This document shows, one piece after another, positions 18,301-27,654 of a stretch of DNA of 64,000 nt. The notes beneath the pieces are model-generated. The model ran no database searches and was not told the DNA's origin. It saw nothing but the letters and a program-made list of their open reading frames with translations. Within the stretch, counting starts at the first letter, position 1; every line of letters begins with the position of its first letter. The DNA is from an uncultured virus (IMG/VR IMGVR_UViG_3300035656_000018) (taxonomy: Duplodnaviria; Heunggongvirae; Uroviricota; Caudoviricetes). Position numbers and translations under genes: made by a program. Location: the IMG/VR virus record IMGVR_UViG_3300035656_000018; one strand, 5' to 3'.

Positions 18301-21249
18301 ACTGAACTTAAAGGTATTATAGATAAGGAAATCTCCGATAGAACTGCAGCTGATGAACAAGTTACTCAGAAGTTTACTGAATTAAGTACTACACTTAATG
18401 CTACAGTAAGTGAACTGAGAACTTTCGTAACAGAAACTCGTTCTGAATTATTAACAAAGGCTCAGGCTCAGGATGAATTAATTGCTAAGAATACTGCTAA
18501 TATTCAACGTAACCTAGAATTAATTCAGGGATTACAAAGTAATCAGAATACTGGTTATCTTGAAATCAAGGAACTATTGAATACGGAAATTGAGGCTAGA
18601 AAGGCTGAGGATATTCGTATTGAAGCTAAAGTAGACAAGAATACTCAGGACCTTACTACAGAACGTAATGAGCGTATTGCTGCCGATAAAGTTCTCCAGG
18701 ATAATATTGATGCTGAAGAAGCTGCAAGAATTGCTGCTGATAATGCTCTGGGTAAACGTATCGATAAAGAAATCGAGGATAGAAAAGCAGCTGATACCGC
18801 ACTTGAGAATAAATTTAATGGTATCACTAACGGCTTAGATGAACGTCTTCAGAAAGAAGAAGCAACTTCAAATGCTTTACCCTTAACTATGGTTACGGAA
18901 ATTGATCCGAACTTGGTTATCAATGGTACTTCTGCTGAAGTAAACTTTAAGAGTTCTGTAAAAGGAGAAGGTAATCTCTATGGAGAACCTATGCCTCGTA
19001 AGTTTGCTATCCCTGCTTCTACAGATGCTAAAGCCGGTCTTCAATCAGCTGCCGATAAGAAGAGATGGAATTCTATGCCCAATGATTATATCACTGGAGC
19101 TAGTTATACACCTAAGGCTGGTGTGGTTACTACTAACATAAGTAGAAGTACATATAACTCCGATGAAGGTATACAGAAATCTAATGATTTCACTGTAGAT
19201 ATCCCTGCTTCTACTGCTGAGAAAGCAGGTGTACAAACTGCAGCAGATAAGAAGTTATTTAACTCTATTCCTCAGACTGTAGTAGTTGGAGAAGGAGCAA
19301 CTTCAGATGCTAATAAAGTTACAGTATCAGTAAACCGAAAAACTGTAAACGAAGGTATATATAAAGATGATAATACCACTTTTAATTTACCAGTAGCCTC
19401 AACTACTAAAGCTGGTACTATGACTGCTGCTGATAAGGTTAAGTTGGATGAAACTTTACCCCAGCAGATTGCTAAGGAAATCCAAGATAGAAAAGATGCC
19501 ATTGAAGCCTTGAAGAATTCTTCCGAAGCTTCCCTTGCTCAAGAAATCAAGGATAGAAAAGCAGCTGACCAGGCATTGGACACTAAATTTACTCAGGCTA
19601 TCAAAGAAGAGGCAGATGCTCGTGCTGAATACGACCAGGTTCAGATGCAAAAGATTCAGGAAGAAGAAGAAGCCAGAGCTGCTGCAGATACCGCACTTGA
19701 AAATAAGTTACAAACCAACATCAATAACTTAGAAAAGAAACATGATGATTTTGTAGCAACTAAGGGTAAGGCTAATGGATTTGCATCTTTGGATGGTAAT
19801 GGATTAGTACCCTCTAGTCAATTGCCTTCTTATGTTGATGATGTTATCGAAGTTTATGCTACTTATGATGTCAGTGAAACTGGAAAGCTGAGCAATATTA
19901 AATTATATTCTGACCCAGATCATGCTAATCCTATTACTGGAGAATCAGGTAAGATATATTTGAATATTACCCAGGATGAACCCTCTTATCAATTCCGTTG
20001 GTCAGGTACTCAGTTTGTAGATAGTAATACTTCTTCACTGATACTTGGAGAAGTTACTGGTACTGCTTATGATGGAGGTAAGGGTAAAGCTTTAGCTGAT
20101 TGGAGAAAATCTCTGAGTGATAATCTAAGGTTCTATTCTCATATTAAGGATGACAGAGCTTGGACTAGAAATGCTACCGAAGTTAGATTAAATTTCGATT
20201 GTTCAGATTTTGGTAATACTGCAAGTGTAAATACTTATAATCAACCTATCCCAGCTGCTACCAAAGACTTAGCAGGTGTACAAACTGCAGCAGATAAGAA
20301 ACTGTTTGATTCTATCCCGGGTACTATTATAATTTCTGGTAAAGGAGTAGTTCAGAATACGGATAAAGTTTGGGTACAGATTAGTAAATCTACTAAAGCT
20401 GATGGAGTATATGGTGAAGCTACTACACAGACATTAGAAATTTTAGCTGCTAATGCTAATCGAGCTGGAGTATTGACTCGGGAGATGTTCAATAAACTTA
20501 ACTCTGGTCTGAATGGAGATATTACCAATGCTTTGAATGAAGCTAAGGCTTATACTGATGCTGCTAAAACTGCATTAGAGAAATTAATCCAGGATTCTGA
20601 CAAAGTAATTAAGGAAAGCTTAGATGCTCATATTGGCAATAAGAGTAACCCTCACAATGTAACCAAAGCTCAGATAGGTTTAGGTAATGTACAGAACTTA
20701 GCTCCAGCAGATATGCCAGTATCTACTGCTCAGGCTGCTGCTATTGCAGATGCTAAGGCTGCAGGTACAAAAGCTCAGACCGACTTAAGTACCCATGCAA
20801 ACAGAAGGGATAATCCTCATAATGTAACTAGAGCTCAATTAGGATTGGCTACTACAGACCAAGTAGTATTTGCTAAAACTACTGCAGCTTCTGGTTTCTG
20901 GAAGGAATCAGATGGTAGATTAAAATCTCAAGTAGAGAATTTGAACCATACTCTGGACCAAATCTGTAATATACCTACAGTTCACTTCAAGATGAATGGT
21001 AAATACCAAGTGGGAACTATTGCTCAGAGCTTAGAGGAAATTGAACCTCTGTTGGTATCAGAGAATACTATACCTGCTTCTCAAGTACCTAACCAATCTA
21101 GATTCGAAACTTTCGTCGGAGAAGATGGTCAGGAATATGTAAAAGTAAAAGTAGTAGAATATGAAATGCTCAGTGTCATGGCTCTCGAAGGAGTTAAGTT
21201 ATTGAGAAAAGAATTCGAAGACTTTAAGAAACAATTAAACAATAAGTAA
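15397..21249 (+). CDS. Giant coiled-coil fibre with C-terminal S74 intramolecular chaperone
   Basis: 3x LDTL.E.A.AL..DPNFAT modules; 18-residue E..DR..AD repeats; PA....AG...AADK repeats; NPHNVT x2; SDGRLK...GTIAQ chaperone motif. Confidence 0.8.
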   Translation: MYVSKYYTCEEIDQRLLQGYYDDSLAHGFVGTLKEFWAFFLSIANKVDKKEGWDLSENNFSDELLEKLNGIEEHANYVTKVSQLENDLKYQTQEQVEKYIHDLVDGADDALDTLKELAEALNNDPNFATNITNRLTELRTQLEAEVTRAKNRENELASQIKIVNDNLVNSVNTLNATIIKVVQDITRMIEAINARIQKVEDRVGDLEVETDNNLTEAKEYAKELVDKEAAERRAADEKLTEAVHQVQLDHTRDIADLNNKILTEASERANADVALESKLNTEISDRKTADQELESKINAEAAARTAQDEVLHQQIVKETSDRQNADNGLQQNITQEAQNRQNADTVLQNNIDNEKETRIAQDEILDHKIEDLKTQAGTDKTELLEKLEQEKQERIAADKDLDNRKVDKREGYSLTKNDFTDILKAKLDGIEEHANYITKVSQLINDAGYQTEADLQAAIEKIIGEAPGVLDTLEEIAKALGDDPNFATTITKKLAAITEQLNQEITNRTEADAQVQANVDKEVSDRKEADTALEAKLKEYVDNEVDKITGNTDGIQASLNKEIQDRKDADAALQAAITKEETDRKAADAALDTRVTANATKIQELALSIQDAVNTVKNELQAKIDALQTEVNANKANIQRNTDRLNDQITKEAEDYAELKGMVNAEAEARANADTNLKSQVDKVNIDLNTEVSKREAGDTVLQQNIDKEISDRTLADTLLDNKFTGLMNTESAARANEDEKINARIDQEIKDRKAGDDALSTRIDSLNSGVTGSLDELREKVTNNTTAIQTEVERAKAAEQALKDSLTTAMENHKDDLVAISKDINDEAQSRLQEDTKLQNNIDTETLNRTQADTLLENKITQEVSDRVQAVENLNDRKVDKVDGKELSSNDFTDLLKAKLDNIQEFANYITKVSQLENDSNYQNAEQVEAAIQKVIGSAPGVLDTLEEIAKALGDDPNFATTITNKLTELKGIIDKEISDRTAADEQVTQKFTELSTTLNATVSELRTFVTETRSELLTKAQAQDELIAKNTANIQRNLELIQGLQSNQNTGYLEIKELLNTEIEARKAEDIRIEAKVDKNTQDLTTERNERIAADKVLQDNIDAEEAARIAADNALGKRIDKEIEDRKAADTALENKFNGITNGLDERLQKEEATSNALPLTMVTEIDPNLVINGTSAEVNFKSSVKGEGNLYGEPMPRKFAIPASTDAKAGLQSAADKKRWNSMPNDYITGASYTPKAGVVTTNISRSTYNSDEGIQKSNDFTVDIPASTAEKAGVQTAADKKLFNSIPQTVVVGEGATSDANKVTVSVNRKTVNEGIYKDDNTTFNLPVASTTKAGTMTAADKVKLDETLPQQIAKEIQDRKDAIEALKNSSEASLAQEIKDRKAADQALDTKFTQAIKEEADARAEYDQVQMQKIQEEEEARAAADTALENKLQTNINNLEKKHDDFVATKGKANGFASLDGNGLVPSSQLPSYVDDVIEVYATYDVSETGKLSNIKLYSDPDHANPITGESGKIYLNITQDEPSYQFRWSGTQFVDSNTSSLILGEVTGTAYDGGKGKALADWRKSLSDNLRFYSHIKDDRAWTRNATEVRLNFDCSDFGNTASVNTYNQPIPAATKDLAGVQTAADKKLFDSIPGTIIISGKGVVQNTDKVWVQISKSTKADGVYGEATTQTLEILAANANRAGVLTREMFNKLNSGLNGDITNALNEAKAYTDAAKTALEKLIQDSDKVIKESLDAHIGNKSNPHNVTKAQIGLGNVQNLAPADMPVSTAQAAAIADAKAAGTKAQTDLSTHANRRDNPHNVTRAQLGLATTDQVVFAKTTAASGFWKESDGRLKSQVENLNHTLDQICNIPTVHFKMNGKYQVGTIAQSLEEIEPLLVSENTIPASQVPNQSRFETFVGEDGQEYVKVKVVEYEMLSVMALEGVKLLRKEFEDFKKQLNNK
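16792..18290 (+). repeat. 77-bp identical intragenic repeat (16792-16868 and 18214-18290)
   Basis: GCTCCTGGAGTATTAGATACACTAGAAGAG...GCAACTACAATTAC is identical in both copies. Confidence 0.9.
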
Positions 21250-21250
21250 T

Positions 21251-23392
21251 ATGGCAGAAATAGCAACTTGGAGTGCTATTCTGAATAAGACCGGCCTTGG
21301 TAAGACCTCTAATGAGTGCCCTACCAAGGCTGAGTTGTTAGCACTCAATAATGGTAAGGACTCCAATGTTGACAAGGTTATTGTAATTAGTAATGCTGCT
21401 AGCTACGGTAACAATGAATGTGTCAAGTTAGAGGATATCAATGCCGAGCAATGGATTTATACATTCCAGTGGGATCCGAATGGTAATCCTTCTTTTAATG
21501 CTCCAGCTACTGGAGGTACATACCCATTTGGTTCATATGCTTCTAATCGAGTTAAGCAAGTAAACGGTGTTAATACTACTATTTCTCAAAGTTTGGCGAA
21601 TGATGTCACTAAAACTTCGGAAGGTTCTTGGTATACTACAGATTACGACGGTAATAAAGGTAGAATAGTACCCAACAATACATCTACTAATAGTAAATCA
21701 ATCACTGTAACTTGGACTCAGAAGTATTCGGGTAAAACCCTACAGGCAACATTTACTCAGGCAGCAGGTAGAAAAGTTTATTCTTCATGGAGTTATAACT
21801 GTAGAGTAGATAAAACTTCTTTCAGTTACAGTGGAGGTCAATCTAATGTAACTGCTAAGAGTGCAAGTAGAACTTATACTTGGAATGGTCAAGGTAGTAG
21901 TTATACAGAATCAGAAACTGCTACCGTAAGAGTTTCTAGTCCGGCTTCTATTAGTGGTAATAGTATTTCTATCCCAAGTAATAGTGGTTCTGCTAGAAAT
22001 TTTACGGTTACTTTCGATTTCTCAACTGCTACAGACCAGACTATCTCAATTTCTCAGGAAGGAGGTCAAGTAACTTATGTAGATCACCTATCTATAGACC
22101 CAACTACTAAAAATGTACCTGGAACTGGTTCAGGATTTAGATTGACAGTAAATGCCAATTATGATAAATATATAAACGGAACTTATGTAGAAAACATTAG
22201 AACTACTTATACTTCGGCTGAAGTAGTTGAGGGAACTTCATCTGATATTACCATCTCTGGTAAAACTTCTAGTGGATGTAGTATTAGTGTAGCACCAAAC
22301 CCTAACTCATCACCTAGAACTTTTAAGATTAAGTTTACTTACGATACGGCAACTCCTGTATATTTAATCATTACACAGAATTCGGCTGAGGTAACTTATC
22401 CTAGTAGCGGTATAGTATTTGAACATAGTACTCAACAGAATAGTGGTTATAAAACTAGTACTTTATCCATTGGTACTGTTGAAGGTAAAGGAGGTAATAT
22501 TTCTTTTTATATAAAAAGTTATAGGTCTAGATATGTTAACGGTTCTTTAAGTTCTACCGAAGCTATTAAACCTACTCTTATTTTGCCATCCGGAGTAACC
22601 GAAACTATTACTAATGTGAGTGGTTATTACTTTAAAGTAACTATTACCATACCTGAGCATTCAAAGCCTGCAAGCAGAACTCTTACAATCAGAGCTAATC
22701 AACCTAATGGCTTAGATAGAGAGTTAGTACAAACTGTACAACAGAGTGCTTCAACTTATGAGTTTGGTATTAGAGAAAACTCGGGGGATTCTTTGAGTAC
22801 TTCTCTTACTTATTCTGGTTGGCCAAGTTCGGGTTCATCATACAATAGACCTGTAAGAGTATATTCTAGGAAGAATGGTAATCAATTCCTTAATTGGGCT
22901 TTATCTTCTAATGTGGATTGGATTACTATATCTGGTTCAAGTGCTGGGGCTACATATAAGGTAACCACTAATAACAGTAGTTCATCTAGAACTGGAGTTA
23001 TTACCTTTACTCAAGGGGAATCTGGTAAAACTTGTACTCTAACAATAGTTCAAGAAGCTAAAAAATATAATAATTTCAGATTGGAATTAAGTTTAAATAT
23101 TCCAAATGGTAATGATCAAGATACGTGGGGATTATTTGATACGGCTAATATTCCTCATATTCCTGACTCTAGGTATGATATGAGCTTAATACGTGAGAGT
23201 ATTACAGTAGACTCAGTAGAAGGTAAAATAACTGTGAATTCTATCTTTAGTACTACTAAGGATAGAGGGATTGGAGATAATGTTTATGTATGGGCCTATA
23301 ATTCTGTAAGAGGTTTATGGTTATCAATTGGTAATTTTAGGATTGAAGAGGGGAATAATACCCATCATTGGGATGTTTCTTGGCCCACCTAG
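21251..23392 (+). CDS. Ser/Thr-rich Ig/BACON-like repeat fibre protein
   Basis: Repeated N....R...ITFTQ units; WITISG...RTGVITFTQ BACON-like domain. Confidence 0.7.
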   Translation: MAEIATWSAILNKTGLGKTSNECPTKAELLALNNGKDSNVDKVIVISNAASYGNNECVKLEDINAEQWIYTFQWDPNGNPSFNAPATGGTYPFGSYASNRVKQVNGVNTTISQSLANDVTKTSEGSWYTTDYDGNKGRIVPNNTSTNSKSITVTWTQKYSGKTLQATFTQAAGRKVYSSWSYNCRVDKTSFSYSGGQSNVTAKSASRTYTWNGQGSSYTESETATVRVSSPASISGNSISIPSNSGSARNFTVTFDFSTATDQTISISQEGGQVTYVDHLSIDPTTKNVPGTGSGFRLTVNANYDKYINGTYVENIRTTYTSAEVVEGTSSDITISGKTSSGCSISVAPNPNSSPRTFKIKFTYDTATPVYLIITQNSAEVTYPSSGIVFEHSTQQNSGYKTSTLSIGTVEGKGGNISFYIKSYRSRYVNGSLSSTEAIKPTLILPSGVTETITNVSGYYFKVTITIPEHSKPASRTLTIRANQPNGLDRELVQTVQQSASTYEFGIRENSGDSLSTSLTYSGWPSSGSSYNRPVRVYSRKNGNQFLNWALSSNVDWITISGSSAGATYKVTTNNSSSSRTGVITFTQGESGKTCTLTIVQEAKKYNNFRLELSLNIPNGNDQDTWGLFDTANIPHIPDSRYDMSLIRESITVDSVEGKITVNSIFSTTKDRGIGDNVYVWAYNSVRGLWLSIGNFRIEEGNNTHHWDVSWPT

Positions 23393-23469
23393 ACAATTTA
23401 ATCCTAAACACAACACTAGTACATTTATTGATAGATAAATTTAATTATTAACTTTAAAACTAAATCATT

Positions 23470-24159
23470 ATGGAAGTTAAATCTGGTGAAGGTACTGTAG
23501 TGGTTGCGGATCGTAATCGTTATAGTGATGAATGTTGTAATAATCGAGGATGGGGCTCCGGTTGGGGTGCTGTCGGTGGAGCTTTAGTAGGTGGTGGTTT
23601 TGGTGCTGCTGCAGTTTCTGTGTGGGACAAAATCAATGACACAAAAGCTGATATCCAAAAAGTGGAATCTACTGTTCAGGAAGCAAAAGCTGGTATTTAC
23701 AAAGACATATCTGATGCTGCCCGTGGAGTTACTTCTGAAGTTGCAGGAGTTTCTAGACAAGTAGAGGGTGTAGGTAAAGAAGTACTTAACAATCGCTTTG
23801 CTACTGAACGTGGCCTTTGTGATCTTGGTTATAAGACTAATTCTGATATCCGGGATTCTCGTGATCAAATGGGAGCAGGGTTCAATCGGGTTATGGATCG
23901 TCTTTGCCAGATGGAACATCAACAGTCAAATTGCTGCTGTGAAATTAAGAGCTTAGTTAGAGAATCCGAAAACAGATTAGCTCTTCAGGCAGAACGTAAT
24001 CATTGCGAGGTAATGAAAGGCCAGCAAGAGATTAAGTGTCTGATCGAGAACACTGCAAAAGACCAAGAAATTGCTAGACTGAATCGAGTAGTTGATGCTC
24101 AAAGGGATCAGAACATTATTAACTCGGTAGTACAGGCTTTAGGTAATAAAACTGCATAA
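23470..24159 (+). CDS. Glycine-zipper / coiled-coil protein with Cys cluster
   Basis: GWGAVGGALVGGGFG segment, heptad repeats, CCCE motif. Confidence 0.75.
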   Translation: MEVKSGEGTVVVADRNRYSDECCNNRGWGSGWGAVGGALVGGGFGAAAVSVWDKINDTKADIQKVESTVQEAKAGIYKDISDAARGVTSEVAGVSRQVEGVGKEVLNNRFATERGLCDLGYKTNSDIRDSRDQMGAGFNRVMDRLCQMEHQQSNCCCEIKSLVRESENRLALQAERNHCEVMKGQQEIKCLIENTAKDQEIARLNRVVDAQRDQNIINSVVQALGNKTA

Positions 24160-24181
24160 TTTCTATTAAAGTTGATTAGGG

Positions 24182-24218
24182 AAAAGGGAGGTACCTGTAG
24201 TGGGTATTTCCCTTTTTT
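24182..24218 (+). terminator. Rho-independent terminator
   Basis: AAAAGGGAGGTACC/GGTATTTCCCTTTT stem plus T run. Confidence 0.75.
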
Positions 24219-24239
24219 CGTTTTAATCTAGTAAGAAAC

Positions 24240-24461
24240 ATGGAAGAAGATAATAAACTACAAACCTTTACTCTCCAAATGCAACTACCGGCTCCTAATT
24301 TAGAGGTAGCAAAGAGAGTAGCCGATGAAGCACAAAGACTGATAGATATCTATGGATACTATAATTTCTTGAACCTAGTAGAATTTATGAAACAGAATCC
24401 CAGTATGGTTCAAATGGGATTAAGTCTAATCAATAAAAATAATGCAGTATGGAAGAAATGA
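24240..24461 (+). CDS. Hypothetical protein
   Basis: 73-aa ORF. Confidence 0.7.
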   Translation: MEEDNKLQTFTLQMQLPAPNLEVAKRVADEAQRLIDIYGYYNFLNLVEFMKQNPSMVQMGLSLINKNNAVWKK

Positions 24462-24985
24462 AATTTAAATCATTACAAAGAGGAGATTCAGTCTTTACTC
24501 TAGAAAGAGACAGAAGATCAATGTACCCAATCTTTGACCGAGCTAAAGTAGTAAAGGTAGGAGAAAGTAAACCCAGAGCTAATGAAAATGGTGATGGCTT
24601 TTCTAATCTTATAGAAATTGTTCTTCAAGATTCCATTGGTACAGTAACCGTATATTTACCTTCAGATGGGAATGAAGGCATTTATAACAATGTGTACTAC
24701 ACTCTAATTGGAAGTAATATTGTAAACGAAGTATCATTGCAAAGGTCACAGGCTCTTGGTATTATTAATAATGTAGGTAAATACGAGAACATAATAAAGG
24801 AATGCGATAATATCCTTGCTATGTTTGAAAACAAGGAGCCCACTAATGGTAGTCAATTCAATGAAGAATTCGCTTCATTCAGGAAAGATGTAGTATCAGT
24901 ATTACAATCACAGCAGCAAGCCATAAATCTTATGATGGATTCACTTGGCTTGAATAAACCGAAGGAAAATCCAGATGGCAAGTAA
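24449..24985 (+). CDS. Hypothetical protein
   Basis: 178 aa; beta N-terminus and helical C-terminus. Confidence 0.7.
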   Translation: MEEMKFKSLQRGDSVFTLERDRRSMYPIFDRAKVVKVGESKPRANENGDGFSNLIEIVLQDSIGTVTVYLPSDGNEGIYNNVYYTLIGSNIVNEVSLQRSQALGIINNVGKYENIIKECDNILAMFENKEPTNGSQFNEEFASFRKDVVSVLQSQQQAINLMMDSLGLNKPKENPDGK

Positions 24986-25529
24986 GTCAGTAAACATAAC
25001 TATAAGTACTCCCTTGGGAGACTTACAGATATATACTGACCCAAAAGAACAGGCTAGAGCTGAGAGGTTAATTGCAGAAACTCCTTCTATCATGAGGAAT
25101 GCTTATGATAGAGTTACTGAGAAATTCGGCAATCAACTTCTCAGACTTGTGAAAAAATGCCTAAGAACGGGTACTCCTCCAAGAGGAACTCATTGGGATC
25201 CTCACTCTGCTAATACTATTAAACGATATGGAGAGCATACCCTTTTGAAATATACGGGTCAGTATTTGAGATCAGTACAAATAGTAAAACAGAAGAATCG
25301 AACTTACGTAGGTATACCTACTAACCTTAAGAAAACCAGAAAGGGTGATAGGACTAGTAAAAGAACATTGAACCAAGTAGCTATCATGTTAGAGTATGGT
25401 TCTAGAGGTGGTAATTTACCTCCAAGACCTCTATGGGCACCAGCTTTCGAACAAGTTGGTGGTAAGAAGGTTCTGAAGGAAACTATAGTAAGAGAACTTC
25501 GTAAAGAAATAAGGAAATATAGAAGATAA
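24975..25529 (+). CDS. Neck / tail-completion protein (HK97 gp10 / virion-morphogenesis-like)
   Basis: L..TGQYLRS, MLEYGS...PPRPLW motifs. Confidence 0.7.
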   Translation: MASKSVNITISTPLGDLQIYTDPKEQARAERLIAETPSIMRNAYDRVTEKFGNQLLRLVKKCLRTGTPPRGTHWDPHSANTIKRYGEHTLLKYTGQYLRSVQIVKQKNRTYVGIPTNLKKTRKGDRTSKRTLNQVAIMLEYGSRGGNLPPRPLWAPAFEQVGGKKVLKETIVRELRKEIRKYRR

Positions 25530-26464
25530 TGGGATTCACTATAAGCAAGAATCAAGGTTCAGGTAGGACTGTTATAACGGTAACACCAGAAGAAAAGAAT
25601 GCTACGGACAAAGATATAGTTCAGATCTTAACAGTAGAAGCTGTAGATGGGTCAACTAAAGAAGTAAAGCTTATCCACAAGAAAGAGGAAGGCAATTATG
25701 AATACACTTTCAGAGTTTCACCCACTGAATTATACTTTGAGCCTACAGGAGAAAGTAAAGAGGTTACTATTGTATCTACTAAACAAATGGTAATCAATGG
25801 AAAGAAAGTTGGTGATCCAGTTAATGTAAATTATACTAGGGAAAACTCGGGAGATGTATCTGGCTCTGGTACTACTCTTATCATGAGCTTAAACGATAAT
25901 ACTCATAATGATAAACTTGGCCAAGTAATTTTCATACAGGATGAATCAGGTAAAACTGTAGTTGTAACTTGTAGACAGGGTAAAAAAGAGAACACTGCTG
26001 GAGGGGATATTGGTCTTATCCAATTATGGTCTGGTTCTGGAGTTCCTGAAGGTTATGTACTTTGTGATGGAAGTCAAGTAAGTATAGCAGAATACCCAGA
26101 ATTATATAAAGCTATTGGAGATAAGTATAATACTGCTTCTACTAAAGCTGGCTATATAAGTGTTCCAGACTTAAGAGGTAGATTTGTAGTAGGATATGAT
26201 CCAAGAAATTATGAATATGAACGTATTGGTAATACTGGTGGGCAGGCCCTAGTAACTCTTACTTTAGATCAAATACCACCACATAGTCATAAGATTACGT
26301 TTAAAGAGGAGAAATGGGGGGACAATTCTAATAATCGACCATTCCCTAATCATACTAGGCCTGACTCAGGTTATACAGCAAATACTCAAGTAACCGGAGG
26401 AGGTAGTCCTCATGAGAATAGACCTCCTTATTATGTATTGGCTTATGTAATGAAAATAAGATAG
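25529..26464 (+). CDS. Fibre protein with tail-collar domain
   Basis: IG.IQLWSG..VPEGYVLCDG...YPELY..IG...PDLRGRF and HENRPPYYVLAY motifs. Confidence 0.8.
   Translation: MGFTISKNQGSGRTVITVTPEEKNATDKDIVQILTVEAVDGSTKEVKLIHKKEEGNYEYTFRVSPTELYFEPTGESKEVTIVSTKQMVINGKKVGDPVNVNYTRENSGDVSGSGTTLIMSLNDNTHNDKLGQVIFIQDESGKTVVVTCRQGKKENTAGGDIGLIQLWSGSGVPEGYVLCDGSQVSIAEYPELYKAIGDKYNTASTKAGYISVPDLRGRFVVGYDPRNYEYERIGNTGGQALVTLTLDQIPPHSHKITFKEEKWGDNSNNRPFPNHTRPDSGYTANTQVTGGGSPHENRPPYYVLAYVMKIR
26246..26432 (+). repeat. 187-bp near-identical repeat, copy A (copy B at 43398-43584)
   Basis: Direct alignment by eye: no gaps, about 9 mismatches. Confidence 0.9.
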
Positions 26465-26473
26465 GAGGTAATT

Positions 26474-27175
26474 ATGGTAAATTCACAAGAGATAGTAGAG
26501 AGAACCTTCTATATATGCTTATTGAATGTTCTCTTAGAAAAGAAGATGGGACTTAATCCTGAGGATTATTTACCTTTATCACAAGAGAATGAAAAGAGAT
26601 TCCAAGAAGATAAGGAAGCAATAGATAAGTTCATTTACTTATTTGGTATAGGTAATAACCAGGTAAGAGGTCCTAAAACTTGTCCAAGGATAACTATAGA
26701 AAGCACTGCTTATTATCCTGGAGATATTGGAGTAGAGAAATATATCATTGGAGATAAATTAGAGGCAGGCAATTATCAGATGTCAGAGTTCCCGTATGAA
26801 ACCAAGGATATCACTATCGATATTCATCTGGTAGCAACTACTCAGAATGATATGAGATTACTTCACTCTATTCTTCATGAAGCATTACCCACTAGGGGAT
26901 ATATAAGACCTTACTTCAATGATTTAGAAGAATGGGATAAAGGTAGGATAGCTCCTACTGGGAATCTGTTTATAGAGATTGGTAATTTCTATGACCATCC
27001 AGATGAATCCCATGGATTATTGGAAAAGGTATACCAATATGTATGTAAGGATGGTATTATACCAGAAAAACTGGTAGAAATGGGGGATCTAATACCTATA
27101 AAAGATATAAGTCTTTTACTAGGACCAGAATACCAAAAGGACGAGGAGATGCTCAATCTCAATATACATGTTTAA
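26474..27175 (+). CDS. Tail terminator / completion protein
   Basis: Position before the sheath gene; CPRITI pattern. Confidence 0.55.
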   Translation: MVNSQEIVERTFYICLLNVLLEKKMGLNPEDYLPLSQENEKRFQEDKEAIDKFIYLFGIGNNQVRGPKTCPRITIESTAYYPGDIGVEKYIIGDKLEAGNYQMSEFPYETKDITIDIHLVATTQNDMRLLHSILHEALPTRGYIRPYFNDLEEWDKGRIAPTGNLFIEIGNFYDHPDESHGLLEKVYQYVCKDGIIPEKLVEMGDLIPIKDISLLLGPEYQKDEEMLNLNIHV

Positions 27176-27192
27176 CTCAAAAATTTACTAAA

Positions 27193-27576
27193 ATGAAAAA
27201 GTTAGTGTTTATGCTGATGGCACTCATTTTACCAGTGTCATTGTTTGCTGCAGAAGTAGAACCTTCAACTGGTTCAGAGTTCGTAATCAATCTGGGTACC
27301 TTTACGGGTATAGTAACTTTGGTATCATCTTTGGTTACTCAGATACTAAAGGTAATCCCAGCTATCAAAGACAACAAACTTGCTAAGATTGGTATATCTG
27401 CCTTAGTAGGTATTCTTGTATGTCTTATAGCTTGGGGATTACAACTTACACCATTATTGGAAAACTATCCTTTCTACCAGGTATTAATTTATGGATTAGC
27501 TGCTGGTTTATCAGGATGTGGTTTCTATGATGTGATTAAGGCTATCGGAGGTTTATTTAAGAATAAAGAAGATTAA
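27193..27576 (+). CDS. Holin-like membrane protein with signal peptide
   Basis: MKK-hydrophobic-SLFA signal, three TM helices, GLAAGLSGCGFYD. Confidence 0.6.
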   Translation: MKKLVFMLMALILPVSLFAAEVEPSTGSEFVINLGTFTGIVTLVSSLVTQILKVIPAIKDNKLAKIGISALVGILVCLIAWGLQLTPLLENYPFYQVLIYGLAAGLSGCGFYDVIKAIGGLFKNKED

Positions 27577-27584
27577 TTTTCTAA

Positions 27585-27619
27585 TAATACCAGTAAGGTA
27601 ACGATACTTACTGGTATTA
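27585..27619 (+). terminator. 13-bp perfect inverted repeat upstream of the sheath gene
   Basis: TAATACCAGTAAG/CTTACTGGTATTA. Confidence 0.6.
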
Positions 27620-27654
27620 ATTAAATTAATGTATAACCTATAAAACACAAGGAT

